Of a DNA stretch of 64,000 bases, positions 10,012 to 19,827 are shown one piece after another. The notes under the pieces were generated by a model. It saw nothing but the letters and a program-made list of their open reading frames with translations, did not search any database and was not told where the DNA came from. Origin of the DNA: Deltaproteobacteria bacterium (lineage in GTDB: Bacteria > CG2-30-53-67); contig JAADIO010000035.1 of assembly GCA_013151235.1 (NCBI GenBank), forward strand, positions 1 to 64,000. Direction: 5' to 3'. The position numbers and the translations under genes were made by a program. The number at the start of each line of letters is the position of its first letter. The first letter of the stretch is position 1.

Positions 10012-11133
10012 CTATCGCTTCCGTATGAGTATATAGAGCCTCCCGCGCACCATCATCACACCGGCCATGGCCCCGGCCTTCTTTCCTTCCCCGAAATAGA
10101 TATCGGCCCGGAACGGTCCTTCGATCGCCTTGCCGATATCCTGGCTGACGGCGAAGTGTCCCTCGTATCGCCAGTCCGACACATCGCCTTTTTCGTCAAG
10201 GACCGGAAGCTTCGTCGTATAATAGAGAAGGGTTCCCGCCGGGATGACGCGGGGATCGGTCGCCAGCGAATGCAAAGGGGTGAGCGGGATATCGAGAACC
10301 CCGTGCGCCCCTTTTCCAGCCACCTTGAAGAAGATATAGCGGGGATCGGCGTTCATGATCCTCTCCGCCTCCGACGGATGGCCGCGGAGCCAGGTGGAAA
10401 TCCCCTGCACCGACCCCTCTTTCGGAGTGAGCTTCCCCTCCCGGATCAGCAACCGTCCGATCGAACGGTAGGGACGGCCGTTGCTCCCGTCGTACTGGAC
10501 CCGGATGACCGACCCGTCGGTAAGCCGGATGCTCCCCGCCCCCTGGATCTGTAGGAAGAACCGCTCCACCGGATCGTCGAGCCAGACCTGTTCCAGCCCC
10601 CGGCCGGCGAGGACATGACCGCTGTCAATCTCTTTTCGTGTGTAGTAGGGAGGCGGGGCGGAGGAAACGGTTCCGTTGATCCCAAAGGGATCGGGTTTCA
10701 GTTCCGGCGGACGGCGATAGAGAGGATATCGGAAGCGTTTCGTCCGATGCAAGGACCCCCGCAGGAGCGGCTCATAGTATCCGGTAAAGAGGACCTCCTC
10801 CGGGATCCCGTAGAGATGGAACCCCCCGCGGAGACGCTCCACCCAATCCCCCCCGCCCCGCGCCCCGTCGAGGGCGGAGCGGAAAACGGTCAGCGTCTTG
10901 ATGAGATCCGCGACGGTCACGGTACGACCGGCGAGTCTCACCGGCGCCTTCGGATCTAAAGCGTTCATGGCGGTAAGGGTATCCTCCGCTGTCTTCCGCA
11001 GAAGCGCAGGAGAGTCGCCGTTTTGTTCAAGGATACCGAAATCCCCCGGCCGGAGATGAACTCCGAGACGGGACGGAGGAAGACAGCCGATCCAGAGGAG
11101 GAAGAAAAGGAACGCGAAGAGGGCATGTTTCAT
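10012..11133 (-). CDS. mltA: Membrane-bound lytic murein transglycosylase A
   Basis: Lipoprotein-like signal (WIGC); FTGYYEP, FFLQIQGAG, NGRPYRSIG, QDIGKAIEGPFRADIYFG. Confidence 0.9.
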   Translation of the reverse strand: MKHALFAFLFFLLWIGCLPPSRLGVHLRPGDFGILEQNGDSPALLRKTAEDTLTAMNALDPKAPVRLAGRTVTVADLIKTLTVFRSALDGARGGGDWVERLRGGFHLYGIPEEVLFTGYYEPLLRGSLHRTKRFRYPLYRRPPELKPDPFGINGTVSSAPPPYYTRKEIDSGHVLAGRGLEQVWLDDPVERFFLQIQGAGSIRLTDGSVIRVQYDGSNGRPYRSIGRLLIREGKLTPKEGSVQGISTWLRGHPSEAERIMNADPRYIFFKVAGKGAHGVLDIPLTPLHSLATDPRVIPAGTLLYYTTKLPVLDEKGDVSDWRYEGHFAVSQDIGKAIEGPFRADIYFGEGKKAGAMAGVMMVRGRLYILIRKR

Positions 11134-11142
11134 CAGGAATGC

Positions 11143-12093
11143 TCAGGGAATGGCCAGCATGCGCTCTAAGGCGGCCACGGAGCGGAGCCGGATCTCCTCG
11201 GGGACCGTGATGACCGTCTCCATCTCTTCCAGCGAGCGGGCGACCAGTTCGAGGGTGGTCCGTTTCATGTTCTGGCAGGTCATCATGGGAAGGTCCCACG
11301 GGGTGGGGGCGTCGGAGACAATATGAAACACCTTGCCCGGATTCCGGTTCCGCAGGTTGTACAGAAGGCCCCGCTCCGTGCAGACGATAAACTCCCCGGC
11401 CTCGGACGCTTCCGCGTAGCGGAGCATCCCCGAGGTGCTCGTCACATGGTCGGCAAGTTCCAGCACCTCCATCGGACATTCCGGATGGGCCAGCACGAGT
11501 GCGCCGGGATGCCCGGCCTTCGCCTCCCGCACCATCTCCGCCGTAAGGAGATTGTGGACGATACAGAATCCCTTCCAGGGAATGATTTTCTTCTCTGTAA
11601 ACTGCTGCGCGTAGGCGGAGAGATTCTTGTCGGGGATGCAGATCACCCGGTCCGTATCCAGGGAGTTGATGACACGGACCACGTTCGCCGACGTGCAGCA
11701 GATATCGCTCTCCGCCTTCACCGCGGCCGAAGTGTTCACGTAGGCCACGACGGGAACCCCCGGATGTTCGGCCTTCAGCGCCCGCAGCTTTTCGACCGTC
11801 ACCATGTCGGCCATGGGGCATCCGGCGTAGCTCGCCGGGAGGAGGACCGTCTTTCCCGGATTGAGAATGGCGGCGCTCTCCGCCATGAAGTGGACCCCGC
11901 AGAAGACGATCACCTCGGCATCGGAATCAACGGCAAGCCTGGAGAGTTCCAGGGAATCGCCGGTATGATCGGCAATCGCCTGGACCTCGTCTACCTGGTA
12001 GTTGTGGGCCAGGATCACGGCGTTCCGTTTCCGCTTCAGGTCGAGGATTTTCCGGTTCAGCTCTTTGATGACATCGGATTTAAGTTCATTCAT
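11143..12093 (-). CDS. nadA: Quinolinate synthase
   Basis: ILAHNYQ, GDSLELS, FCGVHFMAE, AGCPMA, YVNTSA, CCTSAN, AHPEC; start placed at MNELKS. Confidence 0.95.
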   Translation of the reverse strand: MNELKSDVIKELNRKILDLKRKRNAVILAHNYQVDEVQAIADHTGDSLELSRLAVDSDAEVIVFCGVHFMAESAAILNPGKTVLLPASYAGCPMADMVTVEKLRALKAEHPGVPVVAYVNTSAAVKAESDICCTSANVVRVINSLDTDRVICIPDKNLSAYAQQFTEKKIIPWKGFCIVHNLLTAEMVREAKAGHPGALVLAHPECPMEVLELADHVTSTSGMLRYAEASEAGEFIVCTERGLLYNLRNRNPGKVFHIVSDAPTPWDLPMMTCQNMKRTTLELVARSLEEMETVITVPEEIRLRSVAALERMLAIP

Positions 12094-12129
12094 TGGGGCA
12101 CGTTCCCGATGAGAGGTTGAGTGTTGAAA

Positions 12130-12158
12130 AGGATATGAAAATTTCCGGAGAGTGTCAA
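12130..12158 (-). promoter_or_regulatory. Putative sigma70 promoter for nadA-mltA
   Basis: TTGACA-17 nt-TATCCT, 36 nt upstream of ATG 12093. Confidence 0.65.
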
Positions 12159-12328
12159 GGAATAGATCTAAACGATCTTTTTCATCAGCCGGCTCCCCCA
12201 AGGGTGTTTCCTTTCATGATAATCCCGCAACCACCTCCGGACAACAAACCATTCGAATTATATCTAATGTCAGGCAGTCCCGATCCTGCAGAAGCGATCC
12301 TTTTGCCAATTTTAAACCTCGTAAGTCA

Positions 12329-13633
12329 TCAACTTTTATTAGAAGAAGTTTCTCCCAGAAACTCGTTCACCCCCTTGATGGCGCAGAACTCCCCGCACAT
12401 GGAACAGACCGCCTCATCCTGCGGCGGCGAGGACTCCCGGATTTTCCGCGCATGTTCCGGGTCGAGGGAGAGACGGATCTGGGCATCCCAGTCGAGATCC
12501 CGCCGGGCGCGGGCCATCTCCCGGTCCCGTTCCATCGCCCCCGGGATCCCCTTGGCGATATCGGCGGCATGAGCGGCGATCTTCGCTGCGATCACCCCTT
12601 CCCGTACATCGCCGACCGTGGGAAGGCGGAGATGCTCCGCCGGTGTCACGTAGCAGAGGAAGTCGGCGCCAGCCGCCCCGGCGATCGCCCCGCCGATGGC
12701 GGAGGTAATGTGATCATAACCGGGGGCAATGTCGGTCACCAACGGCCCCAGCACATAAAAAGGGGCCCCGTCACAGAGTTCCTTCTCCAACTTGATATTC
12801 ATTTCCACCTGATTGATCGGGACATGCCCCGGCCCCTCGATCATCACCTGCACTCCCGCCTCCCGTGCCCGCTTCGTCAGCTCCCCCAGAACGATCAGTT
12901 CCTGGACCTGTCCCCGGTCGGTGGCGTCGGCCAGACACCCGGGACGCATCCCGTCCCCCAGGCTGAGACAGATATCGTAACGGACCGCGATCTCAAGGAG
13001 CCGGTCGAACTGTTCGTAGAGAGGATTCTCACGGCCGTTATGGATCATCCATTCCAGAAGGAAGGAGCCGCCGCGGCTTACCACGTTTAAGAGCCGCCCC
13101 TCCCGCCTCAGCCGCTCGATGGTCCCGAGGGTGACGCCGCAATGGACCGTCATGTAGTCCACCCCCTCCGCTCCCTGCCGCTCGATCACATCGAAGAAAT
13201 CCTCCGGGTCCATCCGCACGACCCCCTGCCGCTTCTCTACCGCATGCAGCGCCGCCTCGTAGATCGGAACCGTTCCGAGTGGAACGGCGACCTCCCGCAG
13301 GATCCGGCGGCGGATCCCCGGAAGATCACCGCCGGTGGAGAGGTCCATGATCGTGTCGGCCCCGGCGGCCACGGCGGCTCGGGCCTTTTCGATCTCTCCG
13401 TCGGCATCAAGATGATCCCTCGAGGTCCCGATATTGGCGTTGATCTTGGTCGAAAGCCCCTCTCCAATTCCGATGGGAATGCTCTCCCTCCGGTTCCGGT
13501 TCCGAAGGACCACCGCCCTCCCTTCCGCCACCTTCCGGGCCAGCGCCTCCGGCGGGATTCTCTCGTTCCGGGCCACCTGCCGGATCTCTTCGGTCACAAC
13601 ACCCTTGCAGGCCGATCTCATCTGCGTCATCAT
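12329..13633 (-). CDS. thiC: Phosphomethylpyrimidine synthase
   Basis: KINANIGTS, DTIMDLSTGG, VSRGGS, SLGDGMRPG, EGPGHVP, GYDHITSAIG, CSMCGEFC; lies in the thi operon. Confidence 0.93.
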   Translation of the reverse strand: MMTQMRSACKGVVTEEIRQVARNERIPPEALARKVAEGRAVVLRNRNRRESIPIGIGEGLSTKINANIGTSRDHLDADGEIEKARAAVAAGADTIMDLSTGGDLPGIRRRILREVAVPLGTVPIYEAALHAVEKRQGVVRMDPEDFFDVIERQGAEGVDYMTVHCGVTLGTIERLRREGRLLNVVSRGGSFLLEWMIHNGRENPLYEQFDRLLEIAVRYDICLSLGDGMRPGCLADATDRGQVQELIVLGELTKRAREAGVQVMIEGPGHVPINQVEMNIKLEKELCDGAPFYVLGPLVTDIAPGYDHITSAIGGAIAGAAGADFLCYVTPAEHLRLPTVGDVREGVIAAKIAAHAADIAKGIPGAMERDREMARARRDLDWDAQIRLSLDPEHARKIRESSPPQDEAVCSMCGEFCAIKGVNEFLGETSSNKS

Positions 13634-14283
13634 CTCATCCCTTCCCGGCGGGGAGTCCCGCCTCTTCGTTGAAGTTCCGTCATTATACCCGCAGCGGTTT
13701 CCCGGATGTCCCCACCGGCCAGAACGGCGGAGATCAGTGCAACTCCGAAAGCCCCGGCCCGAAGCACCGGCGCCACTTCCCGCTCCCCTATCCCGCCGAC
13801 GGCAAAGACGGGGACCGTCAATTCACGGCAAGCCGCATCAAGTCGGTCAAGCCCGAGAGGGGGGCCGTAAGACCTCTTTGAAGGAGTGTCGAAGACGGGT
13901 CCGAAGGTCACGAAATCGCCGCCTTCCGCCTCCGCCGCCTTCGCCTGCTCCAATGAGTGGGTGGAAACTCCGATCAGGGCATCCTTCCCCACGATCCGAC
14001 GGGCCTCCCGGGCGGAGTAACTCGACTGCCGCAGGTGAACCCCGTCGGCCTCGACAGCCGCGGCGATGTCGGCCCGATCATTGATCAAGAGCTTCGCCCC
14101 ATATTCCCGGGTCAGTACTCGGACCGTCATGCCCAGGTCATAGAGTTCCCGGTCGGTAAGGTCGCGCTCCCGAAGCTGCACCGCACGCACACCGCCTTCG
14201 AGGGCCTCCTCCAGGGCGGACAAAAGATCTCCGCCCGGAACCTGTTGACGGTCGGTGATAAGGTAGAGGGTGAAGTCGATCAT
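13630..14283 (-). CDS. thiE: Thiamine-phosphate synthase
   Basis: LYLITD, VQLRE, INDRAD, GVHL, GVSTHS, GPVFDTPSK, AVGGI. Confidence 0.93.
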   Translation of the reverse strand: MIDFTLYLITDRQQVPGGDLLSALEEALEGGVRAVQLRERDLTDRELYDLGMTVRVLTREYGAKLLINDRADIAAAVEADGVHLRQSSYSAREARRIVGKDALIGVSTHSLEQAKAAEAEGGDFVTFGPVFDTPSKRSYGPPLGLDRLDAACRELTVPVFAVGGIGEREVAPVLRAGAFGVALISAVLAGGDIRETAAGIMTELQRRGGTPRREGMR

Positions 14284-15056
14284 TATTGAATCATTCCCTC
14301 AATCGGGCTGCTCGCCGTGGCGTAGAGCTTCCTCGGGATACGACCCGCCCGGTAGGCCAGCCTTCCCGCCCGGACGGCATGGTTCATCGCTTCCGCCATG
14401 GCGATCGGGTCCCCGGCGCCTGCGATCCCCGTGTTCATCAGGACCGCCTCCGCCCCTAACTCCATCGCCACCACGGCGTCCGAGGCAGTCCCCACGCCGG
14501 CATCGACCACAACCGGCACCGACACCGATTCCATGAGTATCCTGAGATTGTAGGGATTGCAAATTCCGAGGCCCGAGCCGATCGGGGCGCCGAGCGGCAT
14601 GACCGCCGAGGCGCCGGCATCCTCCAGTTTCATCGCCAGGATCGGATCGTCCGTGGTATAGGGAAGGACAATGAACCCTTCTTTCACGAGAACCCGGGTC
14701 GCCTCGAGAAGCCCCTCGGTGTCGGGGAAAAGACTCTTGTGCTCTGCGATCACTTCGAGTTTGACCATGTCGGAAATCCCGGCCGCGCGGGCAAGGCGCG
14801 CCGTTCGAATCGCCTCGTCGGCCGTGCTGCACCCCGCCGTGTTCGGGAGGATCTTGTACTTCTTCGGATCAATGTGTTCCAGCAGGTTCTCCTTCGTCGG
14901 GTCGGTAATGTTGACCCGCCGTACCGAGACCGTCACCACGTCCGCCCCGGAGGCCTCCACCGCCCGGCGTGTCTCGTCGAAGTCTTTGTACTTCCCCGTC
15001 CCGATCCAGAGACGAGATCTAAACTCAATGCCGGCGATCATCAGTTTCTCTTCCAT
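14283..15056 (-). CDS. thiG: Thiazole synthase
   Basis: [39 protein letters not shown]. Confidence 0.96.
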   Translation of the reverse strand: MEEKLMIAGIEFRSRLWIGTGKYKDFDETRRAVEASGADVVTVSVRRVNITDPTKENLLEHIDPKKYKILPNTAGCSTADEAIRTARLARAAGISDMVKLEVIAEHKSLFPDTEGLLEATRVLVKEGFIVLPYTTDDPILAMKLEDAGASAVMPLGAPIGSGLGICNPYNLRILMESVSVPVVVDAGVGTASDAVVAMELGAEAVLMNTGIAGAGDPIAMAEAMNHAVRAGRLAYRAGRIPRKLYATASSPIEGMIQ

Positions 15057-15102
15057 TGTGAACTCCTTATAGAGCGGTCAGCGGCCTGTTCCAGGAATCG
15101 CC

Positions 15103-15154
15103 ATCCCGGATAAACCGGGACGCTACATCCGCCGGGGGTAAACCCCGGCGCTAC
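15103..15154. repeat. Two tandem GTAG-led REP-like palindromes
   Basis: Minus strand: GTAGCGCCGGGGTTTACCCCCGGCG followed by GTAGCGTCCCGGTTTATCCGGGA. Confidence 0.6.
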
Positions 15155-15212
15155 GGGTCCTTTGTTCTTATCTTTTTATCCTGTAGATCCAGCCAGAAAG
15201 GTTATTGCTTTT

Positions 15213-15608
15213 CTCTGCGCTCTCCGCGTCTCTGCGGTGAATGCCTTTTGTCCTTGATCTTGTTTTTGCCTTTGATATTGTTTTTTTCATGATTGTCCTT
15301 GTGCATGCGGGATCATCCTCCCCCCACGAACCCCACCACCTCCAGCACATCCCCATCAGCCAGGGTCGTCTCCCCGTAGACCTCGGGGGGGATGATCTCC
15401 CGGTTCAGCTCCACCGCCACCCGGGCCGTGGAGAACCGCAATTCCTGCAATAATCCGGAGAGAGCCATCCCCTCCGCAATCTCCCGTTCTTCCCCGTTGA
15501 GTTTGATCTTCATCTCCGTGCCCTCAAGGTTTGTGTTTTTCGTTTTTGTCTTTAATCCGCCTTTTCCACATTTTGATTTTCTCTGCGCCCTCAGCGTCTC
15601 TGCGGTGA
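15213..15608. repeat. 28-bp direct repeat pair flanking thiS (15213-15240 and 15581-15608)
   Basis: CTCTGCGCTCTCCGCGTCTCTGCGGTGA versus CTCTGCGCCCTCAGCGTCTCTGCGGTGA (26/28). Confidence 0.8.
15313..15513 (-). CDS. thiS: Sulfur carrier protein
   Basis: 66 aa; [15 protein letters not shown]-terminal VGFVGGG. Confidence 0.95.
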   Translation of the reverse strand: MKIKLNGEEREIAEGMALSGLLQELRFSTARVAVELNREIIPPEVYGETTLADGDVLEVVGFVGGG

Positions 15609-15630
15609 TCGTTTTTCGCCTCTGTCTTTT

Positions 15631-17025
15631 TCAGAAGTGGACGTCTTCTTCCCCCCGGGCGACCCGATCGAGGCCCTTCTCTACTTCCCGCCGGAAGGCA
15701 TCATCTTTGAGCTGTGTTACGCGGGCGACAATCTGTTCGTGCACGGCGGCACGCGTCTTTTCCGTTCCGTGGTCCTTAAAATACTCCATGAGGGAGAAGA
15801 GTGCATTGGCCTCGCAAAAATCCCGGACCCTGCCCGACTCCGCAACGGCACGAAAGGCCTCCCCCGTCCGGCCGGAACGGTAGCAGGCAGTGCAGAGGCT
15901 CGGCTCCAGGCCGTGATCAAGGATGGCTGCAATCACCTCATCCAGGTTCCTGCCATCGCTCAGGGAAAACTGAGCGGTCCCCGTCTCCTCTTTCGCATGG
16001 GCATAGCCGCCGATGTCGGTCCGGGACCCGGCGCTGATCTGGGAAACGCCGATCCGGATCACCTCGTCCCGCAGTGCCGCACCTTCCCGGGTGGAAACGA
16101 CCACCCCGGCGTAAGGCACGGCCAACCGGAAGACCGCGACGATTTTTTTGAATGCTTCGTCGGAGACCGGACAGGGAACCGATTGAAGAGCGGAGCCTGC
16201 CGCCGGCTGGAGACGGGGGACCGAAACCGTGTGGGGACCGACGCCGAAGCGCTCTTCGAGATAGCGCGCATGGGCGATCAGGGCCAGGACCTCGAAACGA
16301 TCGTCGTAAAGGCCGAAAAGTGCCCCCATCCCGACATCGCCGAATCCCGCGGCCACGGCCCGGTCCATGACGGAGAGACGCCGTTCATAGTCGCTCTTCG
16401 GACCGGAGGGATGCATCCGGGCATAGGTTTCCGGGTGATAGGTCTCCTGAAAACATTGATAGACCCCCGCGCCAGCCCCCTTCAGGCGTCTGAAGTCATC
16501 TTCATCCATCGGGGCGGCGTTGACATGAACGATCCGGATCGGCGTTTCCCGGTAGATGGCCGAGACTGCGTCGCAGAGGTAATCGATGGAGGAGCCGCTC
16601 CCCTCCCCGGCCACGAGGAGAACCCGCCGGTAGCCTCCGTCATACAACGCCCGCGCCTCCTCCACGATCCCGGGGATCGGGAGGGTCTTCCGTTCCGCCT
16701 CCCTGTTCTCCCTCCGGAAGCCGCAGTAGAGACAGTTGTTGACACAGCGGTTGGAGATGTAGAGCGGTGCGAAGAGGACGATCCTTTTACCGAAAACCCG
16801 CTCCTTGACCTCCCGGGCCGTCTCGTAGAGGCGGTCGATCAGGGCGGGTTCTTCGATCGACAGCAGCACCGCTGCTTCCAAGAGGTCGAGCGGCTTTCCC
16901 TGCCGGGACTGCTCCAGAATGGTCTCCGCGAAAGCCCCGCCACGATGCCCCGGCTGCAAAAGGTTCTGAATTTCTTCTTCCGGAATCCGGAATGCACTCT
17001 TGACTTTCTCTTCCTCTGTTTTCAT
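15631..17025 (-). CDS. Radical SAM tyrosine lyase of the ThiH/HydG group with HydG-type architecture
   Basis: 464 aa; RIVLFAPLYISNRCVNNCLYC, FQETYH, GVGPHTVSVPRL, C-terminal CTAC-X22-C; ATG overlaps the thiF stop. Confidence 0.9.
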   Translation of the reverse strand: MKTEEEKVKSAFRIPEEEIQNLLQPGHRGGAFAETILEQSRQGKPLDLLEAAVLLSIEEPALIDRLYETAREVKERVFGKRIVLFAPLYISNRCVNNCLYCGFRRENREAERKTLPIPGIVEEARALYDGGYRRVLLVAGEGSGSSIDYLCDAVSAIYRETPIRIVHVNAAPMDEDDFRRLKGAGAGVYQCFQETYHPETYARMHPSGPKSDYERRLSVMDRAVAAGFGDVGMGALFGLYDDRFEVLALIAHARYLEERFGVGPHTVSVPRLQPAAGSALQSVPCPVSDEAFKKIVAVFRLAVPYAGVVVSTREGAALRDEVIRIGVSQISAGSRTDIGGYAHAKEETGTAQFSLSDGRNLDEVIAAILDHGLEPSLCTACYRSGRTGEAFRAVAESGRVRDFCEANALFSLMEYFKDHGTEKTRAAVHEQIVARVTQLKDDAFRREVEKGLDRVARGEEDVHF

Positions 17026-17822
17026 TTTTTCTCCAGTAATAAACGTAAAACAACATTCGCCTGGTGATGCGCCGCCACTCCCACCCGGGGGGACATGAGT
17101 CCCGTTCCCGGCGCAGCGGCCGTCGTCCCATCGCCGACGATGAAGCACCGTTTTCCGAAGGGAGTGATCCGGATTTCCCCAGAGGGACCGTACCCGGCGA
17201 GGCCCGAGGCGCAGACGACAAAGGTCCCGTCCATCTTCCGGAGGACGGTATTGATCATCATCGACTTGGCTTCGGCCGTATCGAAGGCCTCTACGATTAC
17301 GGAGACCCCGGCAAAGATCTCCGTCAGGTTCTCCGGGGTCAGACAGACTTCATGACTCGAAACTTCCACATAGGGGTTGATCCGATGGAGGTTCGCAGTC
17401 ATTGCCGCCGCTTTGGTCATCCCGATCTGGTCGGTGAAATACTGCTGACGGTTCAGGTTGGAAGGTTCCACCACATCGTAATCGGCAAGGATCAGCCGCC
17501 CGACGCCGAGCCGGGCAAGCGCCACCGCCACGGAGGAACCGAGCCCTCCCAGTCCGGCAATCCCGACGACCCCCCTTTTCACCTTATCATGGACACCGGG
17601 CGTATGACGGGCCGCCATGAGAATTTCCAGTTCTTCCCGGGAAGGAACCTCCCCGCGCCGGATCAGGACCACCTCATCCCCCTCTGAAAGAAGCCGGTCG
17701 TCGGACACGGGAAAACCGTTGAGAATGAGGAGATCGGCGTTCGGCTTTTCGGCTTCACGAAGGGCATGGAGAGTTAGTTGCTCCGGCAGGGCGAGAAACC
17801 TTTCATTGACTTTGATCCGCAT
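17022..17822 (-). CDS. thiF: ThiS adenylyltransferase with N-terminal ThiS-like domain
   Basis: N-terminal ubiquitin-like MRIKVNE...LIRRG; GIAGLGGLGS, DYDVVEPSNLNRQ, EAFD. Confidence 0.9.
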   Translation of the reverse strand: MRIKVNERFLALPEQLTLHALREAEKPNADLLILNGFPVSDDRLLSEGDEVVLIRRGEVPSREELEILMAARHTPGVHDKVKRGVVGIAGLGGLGSSVAVALARLGVGRLILADYDVVEPSNLNRQQYFTDQIGMTKAAAMTANLHRINPYVEVSSHEVCLTPENLTEIFAGVSVIVEAFDTAEAKSMMINTVLRKMDGTFVVCASGLAGYGPSGEIRITPFGKRCFIVGDGTTAAAPGTGLMSPRVGVAAHHQANVVLRLLLEKK

Positions 17823-17931
17823 GGCAGAACTCCACCCGCAGGATCGCAGCGGCAATCCAGGACCCACGAACCGGATGAGAGTAAAGAAGGAGGATTCGGA
17901 GGGAGCGGGGAGACCCCGCAAAAAAGACTCC

Positions 17932-18025
17932 AAACCGTTTCCCTACGCCGGCATGACCCGGATCAGGTTCGAAGGGTCGCCCGTCTGCACGGGACTCTCA
18001 GCCGTTCCGGCTCCCCTACGGTTTG
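17932..18025 (-). ncRNA. TPP riboswitch
   Basis: Minus strand: AAACCGUAGGGGAGCC...GGCUGAGA...GACCCUUCGAACCUGAUCCGGGUCAUGCCGGCGUAGGGAAACGGUUU; UGAGA, CCUGAU and GCGUAGGGA cores, P1 AAACCG/CGGUUU; upstream of thiF. Confidence 0.95.
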
Positions 18026-18033
18026 ATGATGGG

Positions 18034-18063
18034 ACTATAGCAGAAAGAAAGTATCCGTGTCAA
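18034..18063 (-). promoter_or_regulatory. Putative sigma70 promoter of the thi operon
   Basis: TTGACA-18 nt-TATAGT with TG extension; predicted +1 lies at the riboswitch 5' end. Confidence 0.7.
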
Positions 18064-18156
18064 ATACTTTGCCGGATCGTACGTTTTCCCGTTTCCGGCA
18101 AAGACACCTTCCTGTATAATTGCATGAGGAAATCTGTGAATCACGGGAAGGAACCA

Positions 18157-19128
18157 ATGAAAAACCGCATCCTCATTCTCATCAACCCGGCGGCGGGAAA
18201 CGGCGCAGGCAGCCGGATCCATTCGTTGATCCGTTCATCACTGCATGATCCGGCCCGCGGGGAAAGGATTGATGCCGTCCTCACCGACCGGATCAACCTG
18301 GTTTCACAAGCCGGTGAAGCTGCGCTCCGCTATTCCCGGATCATCGCCGCGGGGGGAGACGGCACGGTCTCCCGGATCGCGGAGGGAATCTTCAGAAGCG
18401 GAGGGAAAGCAGCGCTCGGACTCCTCCCTCTCGGAACCGGGAACGACCTTGCTCGCACACTGGGGCTCTTCCCCCCTGCCCTCCGGGAGACGGAACAAGG
18501 CCTTGCCGACGCCGTCGATTCCATGGCCCGCGCAGGGACACGCCCCTTCAACCTCCTCGCCATGGATGGGGTCGGATACTTCATCGATTACGCCGGGATA
18601 GGACTCGACGGAACCGTACTGAAGAGCTACACAGCGTTTCAGAAGAACCGTTTCTATCGGCTGTTGCGGCCGGCACGGCTTCTCCGTCTTCTCCTCTACG
18701 GTCTGTTCCTCTTGCGTCACCTTGCATACCGACTCCCGCCGAACATCGAGATCCGCACCGGCGACGGGGATGAACCCGTCCATACAGGGAAAGAGCATTC
18801 CCTTCAGGGTGTCGTCATCAGCAATATCCCCTACTACGCCGGCGGTTTTCCGCTCGCGCCAGAAACCGATCCCTCCGGCGGTCTTTTTACGGTCACGCTG
18901 ATAAAAGGTCTTCCGGATATCCTCCGTATCCTCTCCTCCCGGATTTCCCCCTCTCACCACATTCCCGAAGCCCTCAGGCAGATCAACACCTCACGCCTGA
19001 CCTGGTCCGTCCCGCCGGGCGTCCCATTCCAGTGGGACGGAGAATGGTCTTCCACCCCTCTCCCCCCCTCCGGAACGGTCAAAGTCGCAGGACAAATACC
19101 GGTACTGATCCCCCTTTTTCAAAAATAG
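18157..19128 (+). CDS. Diacylglycerol kinase family lipid kinase (YegS/BmrU-like)
   Basis: INPAAG, GGDGTV, LPLGTGNDLAR, GIGLDG, NIPYYAGG, QWDGE. Confidence 0.88.
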   Translation: MKNRILILINPAAGNGAGSRIHSLIRSSLHDPARGERIDAVLTDRINLVSQAGEAALRYSRIIAAGGDGTVSRIAEGIFRSGGKAALGLLPLGTGNDLARTLGLFPPALRETEQGLADAVDSMARAGTRPFNLLAMDGVGYFIDYAGIGLDGTVLKSYTAFQKNRFYRLLRPARLLRLLLYGLFLLRHLAYRLPPNIEIRTGDGDEPVHTGKEHSLQGVVISNIPYYAGGFPLAPETDPSGGLFTVTLIKGLPDILRILSSRISPSHHIPEALRQINTSRLTWSVPPGVPFQWDGEWSSTPLPPSGTVKVAGQIPVLIPLFQK

Positions 19129-19202
19129 ACCACGCGGGAAAATCGGTTTGCCTCCCCATTATATTATTGTTATAGTACCACTCTCGAACGGGAGACCTGA
19201 TC

Positions 19203-19826
19203 ATGATCGACTGGCGTTATCTGACTCTTCCGGTGATCGGTGCCGTCATCGGATGGATCACCAACCTGATCGCCATCAAGATGCTCTTCCGCCCCTACCG
19301 GCCGGTCAAGATTCTCGGCATGACCTTCCAGGGGTTGCTCCCCCGCCGGCGCAAAGAGTTTGCCCTCAGCATTGCGAAGACGGTGGAACGGGACCTGCTC
19401 ACGGCCGAGGATATCACCCGTTTCCTCGAAGATGTTCACTGGGAGGAGGAGGTGGAACGGGCCGTGGAAGAAAGCCTGGAGAGCCGCCTCAAGAGCGGGA
19501 GGGTCAGGCTCCTGCTCAGGGCACCGATCTTCGGCCTGATCGGGCAGGAAGTGATTCGTCAACTGAAGGGAATCTTGAGCCGGACCATCATTGAAAAAGT
19601 CCGGGAACACAAAGGTCCCCTGGTGGAAAAGTTCCAGGATGCCCTGGAACTGGAAAAGATCATTTCCAGGAAAGTGGAAGGCTTCAACATGGAAAAACTG
19701 GAATCCCTCCTGATGAACCTGATCGCGAAAGAACTGTCCTATATCGAGCTGGTGGGGGCGGTCCTCGGTTTTCTCATCGGTCTGGCACAGATGGCGCTTT
19801 TGCTTTTTCTGAAAAATATTCATTAA
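19203..19826 (+). CDS. DUF445-family membrane protein
   Basis: IGWITNLIAIKMLFRP, QGLLPRR, ELSYIELVGAVLGFLIG. Confidence 0.85.
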   Translation: MIDWRYLTLPVIGAVIGWITNLIAIKMLFRPYRPVKILGMTFQGLLPRRRKEFALSIAKTVERDLLTAEDITRFLEDVHWEEEVERAVEESLESRLKSGRVRLLLRAPIFGLIGQEVIRQLKGILSRTIIEKVREHKGPLVEKFQDALELEKIISRKVEGFNMEKLESLLMNLIAKELSYIELVGAVLGFLIGLAQMALLLFLKNIH

Positions 19827-19827
19827 T

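Noticed and set aside
12094-12328. Possible NAD riboswitch upstream of nadA
   Set aside because: The predicted promoter leaves only about 30 nt of leader and no aptamer was recognised
12329-13633. Possible BzaA/BzaB/BzaF (ThiC paralog)
   Set aside because: Coupled to thiE in a TPP-controlled operon, so ThiC is the simpler call
15168-15356. 62-aa ORF containing HRRDAESAE
   Set aside because: Translation of intergenic repeats and overlaps thiS
17617-18156. N-terminal extension of the lipid kinase ORF
   Set aside because: Overlaps thiF and the TPP riboswitch on the other strand; real start is ATG 18157
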